64,000 nucleotides of DNA from Lingula anatina (lineage: Eukaryota > Animalia > Brachiopoda): assembly GCA_051362555.1 (NCBI GenBank), contig CM120647.1, forward strand, positions 17,212,651-17,276,650. Reading direction: 5' to 3'. Both the position numbers and the translations under genes were made by a program. Below are positions 61,328 to 64,000 of the stretch, in pieces. The notes under the pieces were generated by a model, which did not search any database, had not been told where the DNA came from, and was given only the letters and a program-made list of their open reading frames with translations. Each line of letters begins with the position of its first letter. Within the stretch, counting starts at the first letter, position 1.

Positions 61328-62684
61328 GCGAACGCACGTGCACTCTCCCTCTCTCCTCTTTAACCCATGCCAGACTCACGGAAAGAGACAGAAGCTGTAC
61401 CTACACAGGTTATGTGTCCTTTTGGATTTAAAGCGTTATGTCTCGATAATACAGGAAACTGCAGGCGATAATTTCGTATCATTATATGTAATAGATCACG
61501 GAAAAGCCCCATCGCCACTCCTTGTTTAAGTGCTCTTGTGTAAGGCATCAGCGTTTTTATCTTTCGTTTAAGTTGCATTTAACACCCAATTAACATTTCA
61601 TAAATTGAGTATTGATGTTAAATGAATTGACCTCTTAAATTAGAGTAACGAATCTATCTAGGGAGACGTAAATAGAGTAGTAGGATGTAGTAATGCACCT
61701 AAAGAAATCACTTTGTCTAGATCATCACGTTTTATAGTTTTTAATTTCTATATTAAAGAAATACACATCGTGTAATTTAAAATATATATAATCTTTACTT
61801 CGTTGCATTTTTGAAATTATTTTTCTCTTAATCCCTTTATATTCAGCTATATCAATTATATTCTCTCTCTGCTTTTTTGCATTGTTTATCCCATTTTTTC
61901 TCTGTTTCCATTTGCAGTGCACACATATGAACAGCCTAATGTGAAGACCGTTGGTATAATTTAAAGTTAGAACGAACTGTACTTTATATTGAATGATACT
62001 AAAATTATTTAATGTCGCAATCAAAATTCAAAACCAAGCAAATATAAAATGTGTTCATCCAATTCACACAAGGGTTTCTCTTTGTTAATTATCGCCATCA
62101 AAGGCCACGACTGACACATTTATTTCATGTTTACTCAAGCAAACACAAAGAACATTTCTCCTATTTTGTTGCGATAGTACCCTTAATGTCCTAATTAAAT
62201 GTTAAGAGGTTACAAACCCGGTCTCGATTTGCACATCACATGAAAGCCCCCTCTCCCTATATAAATGGCGGTTAGGTGATACACGGTTTCTCACTATTCA
62301 ATTTTAAGTGTTCGGGGTACAAAAGAAATTTAATGTCTTTAATTGTAAATAGCCGACAAAATCATAGATCTTGCCATATGAAAACGAACCCAGGTTTCCA
62401 AAGATTGATAGGACCACTGGTAATATTAGTTTTAAAATTTACAAGCACTTGCTCTGCTGCGGTTAGAGGTACGGATGGTACAATAACACAGTCAGCAGTG
62501 AGGGGGTATAATCTACTGCACTCTTTGACCACAGATCTGCCATAACTCAATGTATTACCTTGTTCCTCAGGCGGCTCGCCTCTCCTGTTTCCACCAGACC
62601 GATGTCCACTGGTTTGGACACCGCTGCAACGATCAGTGCTGACCAAACGGCCATTCCAAAACCCACCGTTGACATGACCATCAT
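54053..62684 (-). CDS. Astacin (M12A) zinc metalloprotease: signal peptide, prodomain, astacin, EGF-like, CUB (~519 aa; NAS/BP10-SpAN-like architecture)
   Basis: Exons (minus): 62684-62559, optional 61029-61006, 60183-60049, 59472-59277, 57954-57822, 57209-57113, 56836-56642, 56296-56167, 55794-55660, 55470-55349, 54937-54792, 54197-54053. Motifs: prodomain GDI, furin site [23 protein letters not shown], Met-turn [55 protein letters not shown] lies about 95 bp upstream of the ATG. Confidence 0.93.
57598..57722. mobile_element. Small palindromic MITE in astacin intron
   Basis: TGGTGACGCCACT..AAGTGAAGATC pairs with GATCTTCACTT..AGTGACGTTACCA. Confidence 0.6.
59101..59212. mobile_element. Small TA-flanked TIR element
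   Basis: TA|GTCCAAAGATTCATTGGTCC ... GGACAAATGAACCTTCGGAC|TA, with internal GGTTCG..GGTTCGAAGGTTC repeats. Confidence 0.6.
60342..60972. mobile_element. Outer MITE with ~110-bp TIRs (CAGGCCTACCCAACTACCAGA...)
   Basis: 60342-60451 is the near-perfect reverse complement of 60863-60972. Flanked by ACGTT on both sides. Confidence 0.9.
60492..60838. mobile_element. Inner MITE inserted into the outer MITE, 8-bp TSD GGCTCATC
   Basis: TIR CACGCTCGGCTGTCACCTTGATTGGATAGTAAACGA...CCACCTAGAACAAC and its inverse. GGCTCATC at 60484-60491 and 60839-60846. Confidence 0.9.
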
Positions 62685-63373
62685 TTGAAAGTTCCCTGAA
62701 ACTCGGCTAATGGCTGTATCGGTGGCTTCAGCGGTACGGAAGACAGACTGCGGATAGCCTGGGACTCTATTGCTTATTTTATACCCATTTAATATATGCG
62801 GAGGAACACATTATCCGCTGTTAACTACCATAAGTACTCTGCGATTTATTAAAAGTTGAATATCAAATAGTAATCAATGATAGCCAATGCCCTCAAAGGG
62901 TAAGTCATGATTTATTATTAATAGATGCAAAGATAAAGACTGAAGTTTTAATTGTCCAAAAAGTCAGTCCGTTGAAGCCATTATAGTGACACTATTAAAT
63001 TTATGCCCTATATTTATGCGGCTTATGAAATTTAATTTTATATTTGAGGTCTCTAGCGCGCTCGTATGCTATTTACCATGTAAGACTGATTTATTGTTTT
63101 AATTGTATATAGGTCTTAGTCCTTTGGTCTTTGTTTTCTTTCACATACGTGTATATGAGGTCCTTTCTGTATATTGTGAGTCCAGTCGAAAGTTTTGTCC
63201 CCTTATTTAACCTGAAGCAGTATCTGATCGAAAGAGTTTAGGATCAAATAGCAAGTTAAGCTGCAGCGCCTACCCTCTTTTCAAGAACAAATCAATGTGA
63301 GAAAAGATGGGACAGGAGCACATTTAAGAACTACAGGCTGACTGTTTTACCCACTTAAATCTTATACCACGCC

Positions 63374-63410
<37 letters not shown>

Positions 63411-64000
63411 TTTGTTTATTTTTCGCTTAAGATTTGTAAAGATTATTTTGCTGCGATGATAGGTATTCAATAGAAATGGTCAAAGTTATATCCACCTTAA
63501 TTACCACACGCATAGGGCCTACGCGTACAAAAACGCTCGCTACTTAGTATCTAGTTTCACCTGTGCCCCTGTAGTAGTTATCAGTAAGACATTAAGCGGA
63601 ATTTAAACGTCTTATAACGCTGTACATCTTAATTAAAAAGTAGGCATCCATTTCCCCGAATATAGCTCCACTATATGATGCACCCACGCTCCCGAAGAAA
63701 GCCAGGTGGTTTTAATACCACTTACGAGGGTGTCAACCACTAACACTGGCGAACATGTAAGTAACTATAGTAGCACGTATTCAAAAAGAAAGCACATATT
63801 CTACGATAACAGGTGGTTCAACCATCTATTTCAGAAGTGTTAAAATGACACCTAAGTCCTTACATATCCGTAGCTAGGTGAAGACAGATGTTTGGACTTG
63901 ATCCCCCATCGGCACATGTTTAAATAACATACAACCCAGAGATACTGGTAAATGTACCTTGAATATCGACCTTACTCATTGGTAAATGTCTCTCACAAAT

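Overview
Eukaryotic, AT-rich, microsatellite-rich genomic DNA from an invertebrate. The domain repertoire (WSC/CCP/C-type lectin/FAMeT mosaics, ERV/NFFLF-type GPCR) suggests a lophotrochozoan, probably a mollusc; this is inference. Contents left to right: (1) A Ty3/Gypsy LTR retroelement on the minus strand, with a 5' LTR at 5057-5422 and a tRNA-Ser PBS. Its intact Gag begins with a ComEA-like helix-hairpin-helix module. A -1 frameshift signal (slippery site plus pseudoknot) leads into protease and an RT that has lost its catalytic core by in-frame deletion. (2) The 3' part of a multi-exon extracellular mosaic gene (gene A, 9126-~15746, +). (3) Its tandem paralog gene B (19874-~52168, +), read by hand as about 47 exons and about 2770 aa: signal peptide, 6 C-type lectin, mucin, 6 CCP, 8 WSC and 5 fibrinogen-N-like mini-modules, plus an F5/8 type C domain split by two inserted FAMeT domains. 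(4) An intronless class A GPCR nested antisense in a gene B intron. (5) A convergent astacin-EGF-CUB metalloprotease gene (62684-54053, -). Several MITE families (two nested cases) and a tiny RTE LINE tail are also present. All exon models were read manually from splice sites and reading frame; no database searches were run.
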